DNA of 56,742 bases, the filler included, from Basidioascus undulatus (lineage: Eukaryota): the NCBI GenBank assembly GCA_000826855.1. It is 4 parts of 4 records of this genome, joined end to end, with 100 filler letters (N's around TTAATTAATTAA, not from the genome) between each part and the next. Parts side by side here need not be neighbours in the genome. Positions count along the whole stretch, not along the records: positions 1 to 15,800 come from JTLS01000802.1; positions 15,901 to 29,464 come from JTLS01000803.1; 2 more parts are not named here. One strand, 5' to 3'. The notes under the pieces are model-generated. The model was not told where the DNA came from and searched no databases. It saw nothing but the letters and a program-made list of their open reading frames with translations. Below are positions 13,260 through 24,678 of this stretch, piece after piece; the first letter of the stretch is position 1, and each line of letters opens with the position of its first letter. Both the position numbers and the translations under genes were made by a program.

Positions 13260-15237
13260 GATGAGGGCCGGTGGCAGAGGGGTGATTATGGCTTTCGATG
13301 AACCTATATATCAGGCAATGGGTTGCGAAAATTAGTCGGTGGGGGTTAGTTGAACAGACGAGCAGCCTTCTTATAGGTAGCACACTCCAGCAGCGAAAGA
13401 GGACTCCGACTGGCGGTATGTTGCCGCTCAGCGCCGGAGGCTGTGCCTTCGACATGCCGGATGCAGACGTTTGGAAGAAAGGCGCAATGTCTCTCGGCAC
13501 AAACAAAGGCGGTGGAAGATTACACGCTTTTTGCGATCTGAGTAGGAAGACAACAATCAGCTGGCTTCCGAGACTCGGAGAGGCTGTGTTGCGTGCGAGG
13601 CCGGACAAACCGACAGTTTCGGCAACATGCTGAATCACTGATTGAGGTGCCGCGATAACCATCCGAATCAACGGGCTCTGAAGGATGGAGTGTTCATTCT
13701 GCGTCATTTAGCTATTATCAGGGCGAAACATCGTCGTTCAGATCCTGTATGTTGCGATTCTCGAAGTCATCCTTGTGCCGCCGGGCTGCGTGCAGCCCTG
13801 TTCATGGGTTGCGTGAACTTGATTGGAGGTGGACTTCCTTCTTTCTCCTCAAAAGTACTGCGAGGCCTTCTCAAAAGCATCCCCCGGACGGCCTTTACTG
13901 AATAAGTGCAGTCGGGGAACGCATCGGTCATTTAGTGACAGCAAACCACGGCCACCTCTCGTTCGTATTTTCAATTGATTCGCTAGGGGATTGTCTTCAA
14001 ACTTCCCACTTACCTCCATACTTTCAATTACAACTATAAGTTGCTGTAAATTCCACAGCGCAAAGTGTTCCCGGCGCGATTGTCCGCGATTGTCCGCTTC
14101 ACAATGCGGCTGCCCTAGGTAGGACTCCCCGTTCAGCCTAAGCCTGTCCTTGTGGAATGTGCATTCAAAGAATTCGACAAGAAGTACCCTGAATTAATCT
14201 TGCAAAAAAAAAAGAAGTGTTGCCTGCCTGAAGGCCTGTCCCTTAATTCAGCGGACGGACAGAGTCACGGACTTTGTGACGACTCGCTGCCTCGAATGTC
14301 TCCTTGCCACTAATATCCTTTACAACCTGGTTGTTATGTCCTAGGCATCTTGTAGTCAACTCACGGTATGGCCGCTGCTCGAGGTTGAGCACGGCAATAC
14401 GGTCCGCAATCGGAGGCTCAAATCTTCCCTATTCAAGAAAATAGGACCACGGGAAGCACAGAGTTCTTACTGAGCAGTCTCCTCAACACTCTCTGTTAGG
14501 TTTCTGCCGTCTATAGTGCGGTGCAGCGGGATCCGAAAAAAGCACGGCAGTCGCGCTGCACTGACCTGCTTTCGGCTTGTCGTGAGCCTGCCGTGGCATT
14601 CCGCAACAGCGCTGAAGCCCTCCCTCCCAAAAGACTTGCTTCAGACACAGAAATATACACAAGCCCTGGCATTATGTAACGGAATTGCATACGTAAATTT
14701 GACGACGCCCCGACCCTCCACAGTCAACGCAGGCGCCCGCCGCGACATGAGTTGCAACCTGAAGCTCAGACACGTTTCTCAGCAAACGCTCGTGTGTGCG
14801 TTTGTGGGCATATGAAATAGGTCAGCAGCCAAAAGCGGGGAAAACAGAAAGGGAAAGAAAAAGACTAGGCAATCGGCAAGGGTCTCGGTAGTTGTGCAGT
14901 GTAAGGTAAGGAAAAAGAGAAACGAAGCACGGCGTGTGTGTCTGTGCACGTGTATGCTAGATGAGGAAAGTGCAGTGAGGTGAAGAGAAGGTGAGAATAG
15001 TCCGCGGGCAGATGGAATTGGAACAACAAGTGCGAGAGAGAGTAGAAGGACGTGAAATGAGAGGAGATGGAATGGACGTGGGCGGGAGATGCAATGTATG
15101 TGAGGGAGGGATTGAAGGGAGGGAGGGTGAAATAGGTTGGTGGGAAGGAGGGGAAGTGACGTGAGGTCGAGGGGGCAGTGTAAGGGATGAGTACGCTACG
15201 AGGCGTGTGCTATCAACGAAAGGTCCATCTCCACCGC

Positions 15238-15800
15238 TCAAGCCCGCGCGCTCCGCGCCCGAAGCAGCGCGCCGTCGCCTTCCCTCTTCTCCACCGCTCC
15301 GGCGCCCCCCGTCGAGAGCAGGCGGACGATGTCCATGTCCGCCACCTCCGGCTTGACCGCAAGGGCGTCATTAGTGCCCCACGACCTCGAGCGCGGGCGC
15401 GTCTTGGCCTTCGGACGCGGCGTGGACGTCTTCTCGTCGTCATCATGCTCGGGCTGCGACTCCTCGCTCGTCGCGCTCGGGGTGGGGAGGGCGATCTCCG
15501 CCTTCGGGCTCATTGGCCTGGGGCCCCTGGGGCGTGGGCCGCGCGCCTCGGAGGACGAGCGGGAGACGGTGGAGGCGTGGCGCTCGACTGAGCCGCCGCC
15601 GTGGCCGGCGGAGGAGGAGGATGCCTCGCGCTCGAGGACGACCTTCGAGATCGAGCGCCGGTTCTCGCGCTGCTGCTGCTGCTGCGGCGGCGCGGGGACG
15701 AACGGCGGCGTCGCGGGCGGGGTGAGGGGCAGGTTCTGAAGGCCCGAGGGCGGCTCGGGCGGGGTGAGGAGGGTAGAGGAGGCGGGCGTGGTCGGGGACG
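15238..15800 (-). CDS. C-terminal exon of a truncated Ser/Pro/Arg-rich hypothetical protein
   Basis: Open frame NLPLTPPATPP...RPRSRSWGTND...LLRARSARA* after a CAG acceptor near 15737. Upstream part lost at the contig end. Confidence 0.6.
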
Positions 15801-15900
15801 NNNNNNNNNNNNNNNNNNNNNNNNNNNNNNNNNNNNNNNNNNNNTTAATTAATTAANNNNNNNNNNNNNNNNNNNNNNNNNNNNNNNNNNNNNNNNNNNN
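15801..15900. other. Artificial contig-joining linker (44N-TTAATTAATTAA-44N)
   Basis: Exactly 100 nt, with stop codons in all six frames. Identical to the other two linkers. Confidence 0.97.
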
Positions 15901-16829
15901 TTGCCTGTCCTGTCTGGGTTGAGGTATTTTAGTGGCGGCATGTTGAAGGCATGTTGGTTGGAAGCGAGTGCGGTGGAGAAACGAATGCGTCGAGCAAGTA
16001 CAATCCGAGAATTGTGTAAGCGTGATGAGATGAGGGTGAGCGAGTGAGCGTCGAGTCGGCCCCAGTCCGTCTCCTATCGTCTTTTATATCTTCGGCCAGC
16101 CTGCGCCAAGCAGAGCAACTTGCGTTCGAAATAGGAAAAGGAAGCGGTGCACCTCTTGAGTCCCACAAGTCTTTATGTTGTGCCCAGGTTCCGCAGTACT
16201 CGATCAGATCGCGCTCAGGATGGTTGAGTCCGTGCTGGGTCAGGGCGGTCGGCTGGCGCGACGCGCGCGCCAAGGGACGTTGTTCAAACGCGCCTCCGAC
16301 GCGGCTGTGCGAGCGGCGCGGTCGGCTGTGCTGCTGAGCACCTACGTTCTCGGGATTTTTCAACTTCGATTGCCGTTAACAACCGGTTTGAATTGATTAT
16401 TGAGGACTTAATGAGTCGAAGGAAAGATAGGAAGTGCAGGAATATGCGGAATGAACTTCGCGCGGACCTGGCAAGAGAATGAAGTGCGTTCATGTATAGT
16501 GGACGACCAACCCGTTTATCCAGCACTATAAATAGTATGAAAGGAGAGAACTGTTAAGCACTCACTACATCAAACTACCAGCAAGACGACAAGAGTCATC
16601 CGCTACAACAGCCCAACGTTGCACTTGTGAGGCAGACATCGAATCACAGTGTAGCCTTGACTGGCTGTCGTATATACAGTTTCTTTGTTTAAAGCGGGCA
16701 CTAATAGTTTGGTGGGTACATCAGCGACTCTAAATCAACATGTCGTTGCCCGGTCGCGAGTCCCTGAAGGTACGGCTGCTCACGGCTGGGTTGTACCTTG
16801 GACCACGTCCAGTGCGGAGCGATTGACAC

Positions 16830-18060
16830 GGTCTTTTGGAGTTATTCTTTGTTGGGTTTAGGGAGCACGCCTCCTTCGTAAAGCAGAAGAAATATCGGAG
16901 CGACTCAGTGGGCAGCGCTACAATGCACCACCACTGGCAGCATCGGACTTCGCACCCCACAAGCACCCGCACTGCTCGAATGGGTTTCGTCCCAACTGGT
17001 GATTTTGCGAAAGTAAACAAAAGTCATGGTCGAAATGCTCGTTTTTTTCTTTCTTTTTGGCGCGCTGCCGACTTCGCTTGAAGGATCGACTACACCGAAT
17101 GCCGTTCGGAGGCTTCGGCTGTATTTCCATGCCGCTCAACAACCTGAACAGCGATGTCGTACTTAGCCGCAAAATCAAACAGGTATAGAATGAATAGATA
17201 CCTGACACTCGTCTTGCATAACGAAGCTGGGGCCGTGGGAGTCGGTTCATGAACATCGCGATTCTCCAGTGGCAGTTGCGTGTTAGCAATCACCTCCGCA
17301 TTGGTAAATGCCGTTTATCATTGTAAGATACCTTAGTCCTTATTCCATGAAGAGCAGGAGGCACCCGCGCCAATCCAAAAGAGAAAGGGTCCCCATCAAC
17401 AGGCTGGGCATGATGCGTAGCAGGACATGGCTTGTTCTCAGTGCAAGCTTGCTTAGGCACCCTGAGCCTGATATAAGGTGTTTACTTGTCCAAAGAAGGC
17501 CCTATTCTCCTAGAACATGGGAGGAAATTGAGTGTTCAGGCGTCTTCAGTACTGTTTAACAGCCCGAAAGCATCTAGGGGACCGGCTGGTGTCTGCTTAT
17601 GGTAGAGAAATGCGCCCAGGTGCATGACCGACCATCTAAAGAGCAGTGTGATATCGTTCCATTACCAACTTTACACGACTGCCTCCGAAGCCTATCTTAG
17701 AGCCATTTCACATATTGTCCATCGAATAAAATGAGCAGAACAGGCTCAGTAGTTAGCATGGTGTCTGGAGGTGTAGAAGGACGCTCTGTCCTAATGCTCA
17801 ACGTCTCGACTCCGACAGTATGCACACCCTGCCACTTTTCTCTCCAGGACACTGAGGTTCCTTGTAAGCATACTGTGGCAACCCACACACACATACTCAA
17901 TTTATATACTTAATATTTGTTCCCTCCCTCCGCTATTGCCATGAAGGCCGGGGTCTGTCTCGAAAAAGTCGATGGGGACGAGATGAGTGAGAGCAAAGCG
18001 ATGCGGCTCGCGTCTTTGGGCGTCCAGTGGGGTCAGACCAAAGGGACTGTCCCGAGTAAA
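16830..18060 (+). mobile_element. Degenerate Mutator-like (MULE) transposase relic
   Basis: AT-richer, stop-riddled region. Fragments occur in MULE order: FVP..FAKVNKS..NARFFLSFWRAA (cf. IxPLAFAxVxxExxxxWxWFL), SEASAVFP, a SWIM-like VCTPCHFSLQDTEVPCKHTVA (about 17818-17880), then PPSAIAMKAG. No TIRs identified. Confidence 0.45.
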
Positions 18061-19191
18061 TTAACAGGGTTGTATTCGATAAAAATTCAAGGATCATGCT
18101 GAGCATTGCACATACACGCACTGATTTGGCACGCAGGTTGTGCCACCTTGGAACGCAAGACCACCATATCCATGCATGGATTACTCCTAATTCTATACAG
18201 AATACTTCGACAGAAAAAAGGAAATGCTTTGAAGGCATACCAGCGGAGAGTATTTGATAGTTTCACGGACAGCAGGGGGGGGGGACGTCTGTGGCCCACA
18301 GTCGATACAGGCCGCCGTCGCGGCACCCATTTCCTTGAATGTGGTTCAAAGATCTTGATTAGTATATTTTTGACATTTGTAAAATCGTTTATTAGCAGTC
18401 GGCCAACTGAGCTGCTAGAGCGACCTGCACAAGACCTGCAGTCTTCCCCGTGAGCCGACGAAACCCGTCGGCAACCTGCCTCCCCTGCTCCTCGTGATCC
18501 CGGCGACTGCGCTGCGCTACCGCATGCAAGGTATATCAAAGCACGTGGGCCGAGCGCTCGGTCTTCTCTTCCTCAGTGCTCCGGAAGTGCAGAACATACA
18601 AGCCCTTTCGACTTGCCCTGCCTTATTCGGAAGTCGAAGTGAAAAACTGAAGGTCGAAAGACACCGAAGGATCACATGAAACTGTCACAAATGACGGTCG
18701 TCGTGTCGGATCGCTGTCGATGTTGTACGTTTGTATTCGTTACAGCGGCCTGTACTTCGCGACGCTGGAGGAGTTCGTCGGTTCCCTGGGCAGAAGCCGA
18801 TGGAGCTCTGCGCAGCTTTTGAGGCCTCGACGTCGCCAGTTATATCACTGAGGAGCGTCTGGGGGGCGGAGTGCTCGCCCCCAGGGCCTCACAAAATGTT
18901 CTCGAAGGCGGTACAAAAGTTGTTGGTCCCCCGGCCGGAGTGATGCGTTGCGGAAGGCGGCGGCGATCAGGGCGGAGAAAATGACGTGTGTGTGGCACGA
19001 CAAGTTTAAACCGAGCAGCCGGTACACACTCCAACGCGACGCGGCTGGCAATCCGGCACGCAGATCCAAGCAGAAGGCGCCTCTCTTTTGCTCCTCTTCC
19101 TCTCTCACCATCACCACCACGCCTGAGACCGTGATCTCTATTCTCTAACGCACTCCCCCTCCCATACCGGTAGTCAGGCCGCTATTCACCA

Positions 19192-19269
19192 CACCGTACC
19201 ACCGTACCACCGTACCACCGTACCACCGTACCACCGTACCACCGTACCACCGTACCACCGTACCACCGT
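19192..19269 (+). repeat. Perfect 8-bp tandem repeat (CACCGTAC)x9 plus a partial unit
   Basis: Read directly from the sequence. Ends about 45 nt upstream of the HAD gene ATG. Confidence 0.97.
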
Positions 19270-19314
19270 CCTCACCCCCCCGTTCTCGTTCCCACCCCGA
19301 CCCACACCCACACA

Positions 19315-21062
19315 ATGTCCGACAAGCTCTACGACGACGTTCCCGGCGTCGAGGCCAGGATCAAGGAGCTTCAGAAAAAGGAGGCTCCGCTCCCCAACTT
19401 TGGCCCGGCGTCCTTCGAAATCGACGCGGTCCTCTTCGGTGGGTCCCTGCCTTCCCGCTCCATGTTCTCCTGGCACGGAAGGTCTGACTGGGCTTGCTTT
19501 TGCTTTAAATCCGCGTAGACATGGACGGAACGAGCGTGAAACCCCCTCTTTTTGGTACATTGTTCAAGCGATCGCTTACCTGGACATTCGGCCAACAGGC
19601 TCGTAAATTCGATCGCCGCGGTTGAGGCGGCGTGGGGACAGGTTGCAGAGGAGATTGGGCAGGACCGTGACGAAGTTATCAAGGTATGCTTTCATACGGA
19701 ATGGTTGCAGCCGATCCCGTAAGAGACCCGCTCAACGTCTTCGTTTTCCATCCCTTCAGGCTACGCACGGCCGTCGCGCGTCCGACAACCTGAAGAAGGT
19801 ACGCTCCCCTTTGCTTGCGTTCCCGTAGAGATGACCTGATCGCTGCCAATCGTGTCCTTCCCTCAGTTCAAGCCTTTTCTGAAGGAGCACGAGATCGACA
19901 GGGAGGTGCAGAAGTTCGAGCAGGTGCGCTCCCGTCTCAGTGCCCGCCTTGTGGCGCTGTTCAGCCCCGTTTAACCATTTCCGAATCTCCACAGAGCATT
20001 CTCGACCACGCGGATGCGTATGAGAACAAGCGTCGTTCTCGCTCCAACTCGCGCACCTCCTCCCAAGGGTCCACGCCCGCCTCCTCCCGCCGCGGGTCCG
20101 CCGCGTCCTCGCGCCGCCCCTCCTTCCAGCAGCAGCAGGCCGCGGCGCTCTTCGGATCCTTCACGCCGCTCGACAAGTCAGCCAACTCGTCCAGGGCGAA
20201 CCTCTCGTCGAGCGAGCTGACGCGCGAGCTCGCGCGCGCAAAGCTCACGGCCGCGACGGACGAGGCGGAGATTGGCACGGAGAGCAGCGCGGTCGACTTG
20301 GAGGAAGACGAGGACGACCTGAGCGACCTCGGCGCGGATATGAGCGTCCAGATCTTGCCGGGCGTGCGCAGCCTCATCGACTCGCTGCCTGAGGGCCGGT
20401 ACGCCGTCGCCACGTCCGGCGCCAGGACGTACGCGTATGGCGCGATGGAGCGCGCTGGGATCGTCCCTCCCAAGGTACGTTCCTGCTCTCTTTCTTGCCC
20501 TCCTCCTCTTGTCTCCCCCGTGGACCGATATTACCTCTCGCTTCCCTTCCCTAAGATCACCATCACCGCCGAGGACCCGCGCCTGGGCAACGGCAAGCCG
20601 TACCCGGATCCGTTCGTGCTCGCGGCGCGGGAGCTCGGGTTTGACCCTAAGAACTGCATGGTTGTCGAGGACTCGCCGTCCGGCATCATCGCCGGTGTCG
20701 TCTCGGGCGCGACGACCCTCGCCGTCTGCACGTCCCACACGCAGGACCAGATCGAGCGCTGCGGGCCGCATCATCTCATTCAAAATCTTGAGGCTGTTTG
20801 GTACGTTTTTTGGTTCTTTCTTGCTCTCGGAGTGTCTGAAGGCTGACATCGTGCATGGTTGGGATCCCACAGGGTCGAGGTCCTCCCCTCCGGCAAGCTC
20901 AAGGTCAACATCAACCCGAGCAGGATCACGTCCGAGATCAAGCACGACGCGATGACGGACGTCGGGCCGGACTTCAAGCCGTCCTGGGCTCGGAAGGAGG
21001 ACAAGAAGGAGGCCAAGGCGAAGGCCGAGGCGGAGAAGCAGGCCGCGGAGGCGACGGCGTGA
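19315..21062 (+). CDS. HAD-superfamily phosphatase, glycerol-3-phosphate / 2-deoxyglucose-6-phosphate phosphatase (Gpp/Dog) family
   Basis: Spliced product AVLFDMDGTLVNSIAAVEAAW...THGRR...ILPGVRSLIDSL...YAVATSG...GKPYPDPF...VVEDSPSGIIAG (HAD motifs I-IV). Motif I lies on a 13-nt exon (19519-19531). Confidence 0.93.
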
Positions 21063-21415
21063 ACTAGCACGAACTCGAACTCGACCTTACCCTCTCCTCT
21101 CTTCTCCTCTCCTTCCGCCCCCGCTCCTCCCACTCCCTCTTGAACCTTTACATGTCCCTTCGCCCGCAATCCCACCGCACACCCTTCCCCGCCAATTGAG
21201 GGTCCCTCCCCCCTCCCGTGAACCCTTCCTTTCATGCCCCTGTCCCACCCTGACTGCGTTAGAATTCTGTGGCCCCGGACTGCAGTGTTCCTTTCACTGA
21301 ACTGAATATACCTGACTAGAACCAGACATTTCTGAAACACTCCATGCAACAACACAAGCAATAGACTTTCGTTCACTCAATCCGTCATCATGCATACTCG
21401 CGTCGCGTATCAAGA

Positions 21416-23042
21416 CTACTCCAGCCGGTGGACGACCTTCTGCGCGGAAATCTTGCCCTCACGGAGCAGGCGCATCCCCTCCCAGACGCCGTCCAGACCG
21501 TCCTCGACAAGCCTAGTCCGGTTGGGCCGGACAAGGCCCTGCCCGAGCAGCGCCGGGACCTTCTTGAGGAACGAGGCCTGGTACTCGCGATCGGAAGGGG
21601 ACGCAGGGAAGTGCTGCTTGCCGCCGAAGGTGAACTCCTGCAAGCCAGACAGGATCAGTTAGCAGGCGGTACTGAATAACATGAATCCATCATATGCACC
21701 TTGCCAAGGGACGTGTACAGAAGGGTGAAGATAATCTGCACGTCCGGGCGCTGGGAAGCCGCCTCCTCAGATTGCGCGAGGATGACACACAGCTGAAAAG
21801 CGAAGCGATAAACATCAGAAGACGCGCGGGTATAGAGTCCACTGTACGTACCTTGCCGCCGTTCTTGCCAAAGGCCTTGACGCTGATCGGCTGGCTCGCA
21901 CCCTCCGAGATCGTGTCCATGCCGGACCGAATCGAGTCGTCCGTCACCTTGCGGATGTCCTCGGAGACGGTGGGCGAGCGGTACTGCGTTTTCGCATCGT
22001 CAGGAGATTTCAATGTGGATTGGTTTATTATAGAAACGAGAAAGCCAGCTCGGCACCAAGCGCCTTCACGAGTTCGTGGTTGTGCGGGCTGGCGGTGGTC
22101 ACAACGCGGTAACCGGCGGCCTTAGCTAACTGAATAGCATATTGCCCGACCGACGTGGTTCCGCCGTAGACGAGGACCTGCAGCGCCAGGGATTAATTCA
22201 GTTCGAACAAGCTCAAATGATGCGTCTGTGGCAGAAAGCGTACCCATTCAGGCTTCTCGACCTTTGCGGGCGGCTCAACCAGACCGATGCGGTGGAACAA
22301 GCCCTGTCCGAATCAAGACTGTGAACTAACATACTAGAGATGCAAACGAAACTCCAACATTTCGCGCACCTGAGCAGCAGTCCAGGAACTGCAGCCCATC
22401 GAGGCAGCCTCGGGGAAGTCCAGGTTCTCAGGGACCTTCAACAGCAGGTCGCTGTCGACCTTCGCGTACTCGGCAAAGGCACCCCAGTCGACGTAGTTGC
22501 CGCCGTGGACCTAAGAGAAGTGGAGAAGATCCTACTGTAAGGTTTAACGAGGAACAGCGACATACGAATGCCATGACGCGGTCGCCGACTTTCACGTCGC
22601 CCTTTTGAGGGTCCGGGCCGACCTTCTCGACAACGCCAGCAAGGTCACAGTTGCCAGGCTATCGAAAGGGAAAATATGTCAGAGGATGCCGTGATAAGAT
22701 CCGTTTGCGCATCTTACCTTGCTGAGGTACGCGACGTGCTTCCACTAGCATCCGGACAAGACTCAGTCACGCAGTACAGCGCTGCAATACGGGACGGTAC
22801 GTACGTCGGTCGGGTTCTGTAGACCAAGACGTCAGCTTCCCCTACAATTGAATATTTCTTACTCACCTGCGCAATGCCCTTCACCTTCACCAGAACCTCC
22901 CCCTGGCCCAGCTCGGGAACGGGGACATCCTTCACCTCCACCTTCTGACCCTGTTGACATAGAGGTTGGTCAGGTCTTTACCTTTGAGGACATCCAGGCG
23001 ACTTACTTCGACTACAATAACAGCTTTTATGCTAAGTGGCAT
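21416..23042 (-). CDS. MDR-family zinc-independent enoyl-reductase-like oxidoreductase (LovC/ToxD-like); possibly disrupted
   Basis: MPLSIKAVIV..EVLVKVKGIAQNPTDWKH, VKVGDRV, GAFAEYAKVD, VLVYGGTTSVGQYAIQLAKAAGYRVVTTASPHNHELVKALGA, GKISAQKVV. 12-nt exon NPTD at 22805-22816. One junction (21984-22037) is out of phase. Confidence 0.85.
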
Positions 23043-23635
23043 GCAGTTAATGGGGAAACAAACGCGTATGATGGGTAGAGACCAAGCGACGACCGAACGG
23101 TCTTGACTGTCTTCCCTCACTTGACGTCAGCCTCCACTTGCGATGCGGCGTGTGTGGGCGGCCGCCTGGGTCTCCTCTTCCTTCCAATTTGGACGCGAAG
23201 ATATCAGATCTCAGCAGAAACTGCAGGGTGCGTCCATTCCCTATCATTCATGTCGAACAGCGTTGCAGCGGTGCTATAGGACGAGCGAAAGCGGTACAGT
23301 GCAATAATCGGGCATCAGTTGCCGGACGATTCGCTGTGATCGTGTGTGTCTCTGCGCTTGCACAACCGGCACAAGGACCACTTTGCAAGGATCAGTACAA
23401 GAATTTACGACGGTATAGTACCCATTAAAAACACGTAGGCGTGCGTATGTACGTAGCTTGAGGGGCGAAAGGCGGTCGCGTTATTGTCGGAATTGCTGAG
23501 ACACTGCGCTTTCCGCGTTCGTTCCGAGGAACGGACGCGACTTCAACCTGGCACGATGGCCTGCACCGTGCTGCACCCCTTCCTTCACCTCTCCACGACC
23601 GTCGCATCCTCCATCACACACCTCAATCCCGCATC

Positions 23636-24365
23636 ATGATAGAGTCCGCGCCGGTGCAGCCCGATCAATTCAACCTCAACTTCGCCCAGCTCCCAGTCGA
23701 GCAGCTGGACTCGATTCGGGTCAAGCTCGAGCAGATCACCCACGCGCTGACCGACTTCATGGTGGCTGTGGAGGGCGGGCCCAATGCTGCGAGGGAGATG
23801 CTGTCCTGGTGCGCCTGATACTTCATAGTCTGCTTGCTTGGGCGTCTGAGTGCTGAAGGAAGCTCTACCCAGGCCGGAGACCCTCTCCAAAATGAACCTC
23901 CTTCTCTCCCACACGCACATCCTCACGTCAACCCTCACTGCTTCCCATACCTCCGTCCCAAACCCAAACAATGCGCTACCCCTTCGTGTTCTTCATCCCA
24001 CCTCCGACATCGACGCCGCCCTAGATCACGTCGTCGGCATGCTGATGCGGACCAAAGCCGTCCCGGCAATCGAAGATGCCGAGGCGGAGATCTTGGCCGC
24101 GCAGCCAGAGGACGAGAGCCTACAAAGCGTCGAAGAACGGCGCAGGGTGCACGACTCGCGGGCGGCCAAGGCGGAGGAGATTGTGGACCGGCTGCGGGCA
24201 CAGTATGAGTGGAGGGCGAGGGTCGACGTGGGTGACAACGGGGAGGAGGGCGACGCGATAAAGGTGGATGGTGAGGAGGAGGGTGAGGGTAAGAAGGGCG
24301 CTGGGATCGACGCCCTCGCCAAGTTCATGAGCACGGGGCTGGGTGGAGAGGCCTTCTTGAGATGA
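23636..24365 (+). CDS. MED8: Mediator complex subunit 8
   Basis: LPVEQLDSIRVKLEQI...SWPETLSKMNLLLSHT...VLHP...GMLMRTKAVPAIEDAE...ALAKFMSTG match the fungal Med8 pattern. One intron (about 23809-23872). Confidence 0.8.
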
Positions 24366-24678
24366 ATGGTCACTTATGACGTTCACGAGATGCAAGGTGT
24401 GCATGCCGTTCCCGCACTTTCGATGTGCCTGGTACAACTACGGATCGGAACAGTGTTCTATAAGTACATTGTGAACTTGGGCGAAAGCCTCGAGTGTTGG
24501 GTGCGCCTTATCTTGCCGTGCGTTGTGACAGCTCGAGGCGGTTATGGCGGACATGTTTTGCAGATCAGAATACACTGATTCGCTCGCCATGCAGATAATC
24601 GGAACAAGCTGTCTCATGGTGGATCAAATCAAGCATCAAAGTCCCTTCAAACGTCACAAACACTCTCAAACTCATCGC

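Noticed and set aside
15845..15856. TTAATTAATTAA palindrome repeated three times as a biological motif
   Set aside because: Always centred in 44N flanks; it is an assembly spacer.
19192..19269. Repeat as a CRISPR array, telomere or coding ORF (WYGGTVVR repeats)
   Set aside because: No spacers, eukaryotic context and internal position. The antisense ORF is a by-product of the repeat.
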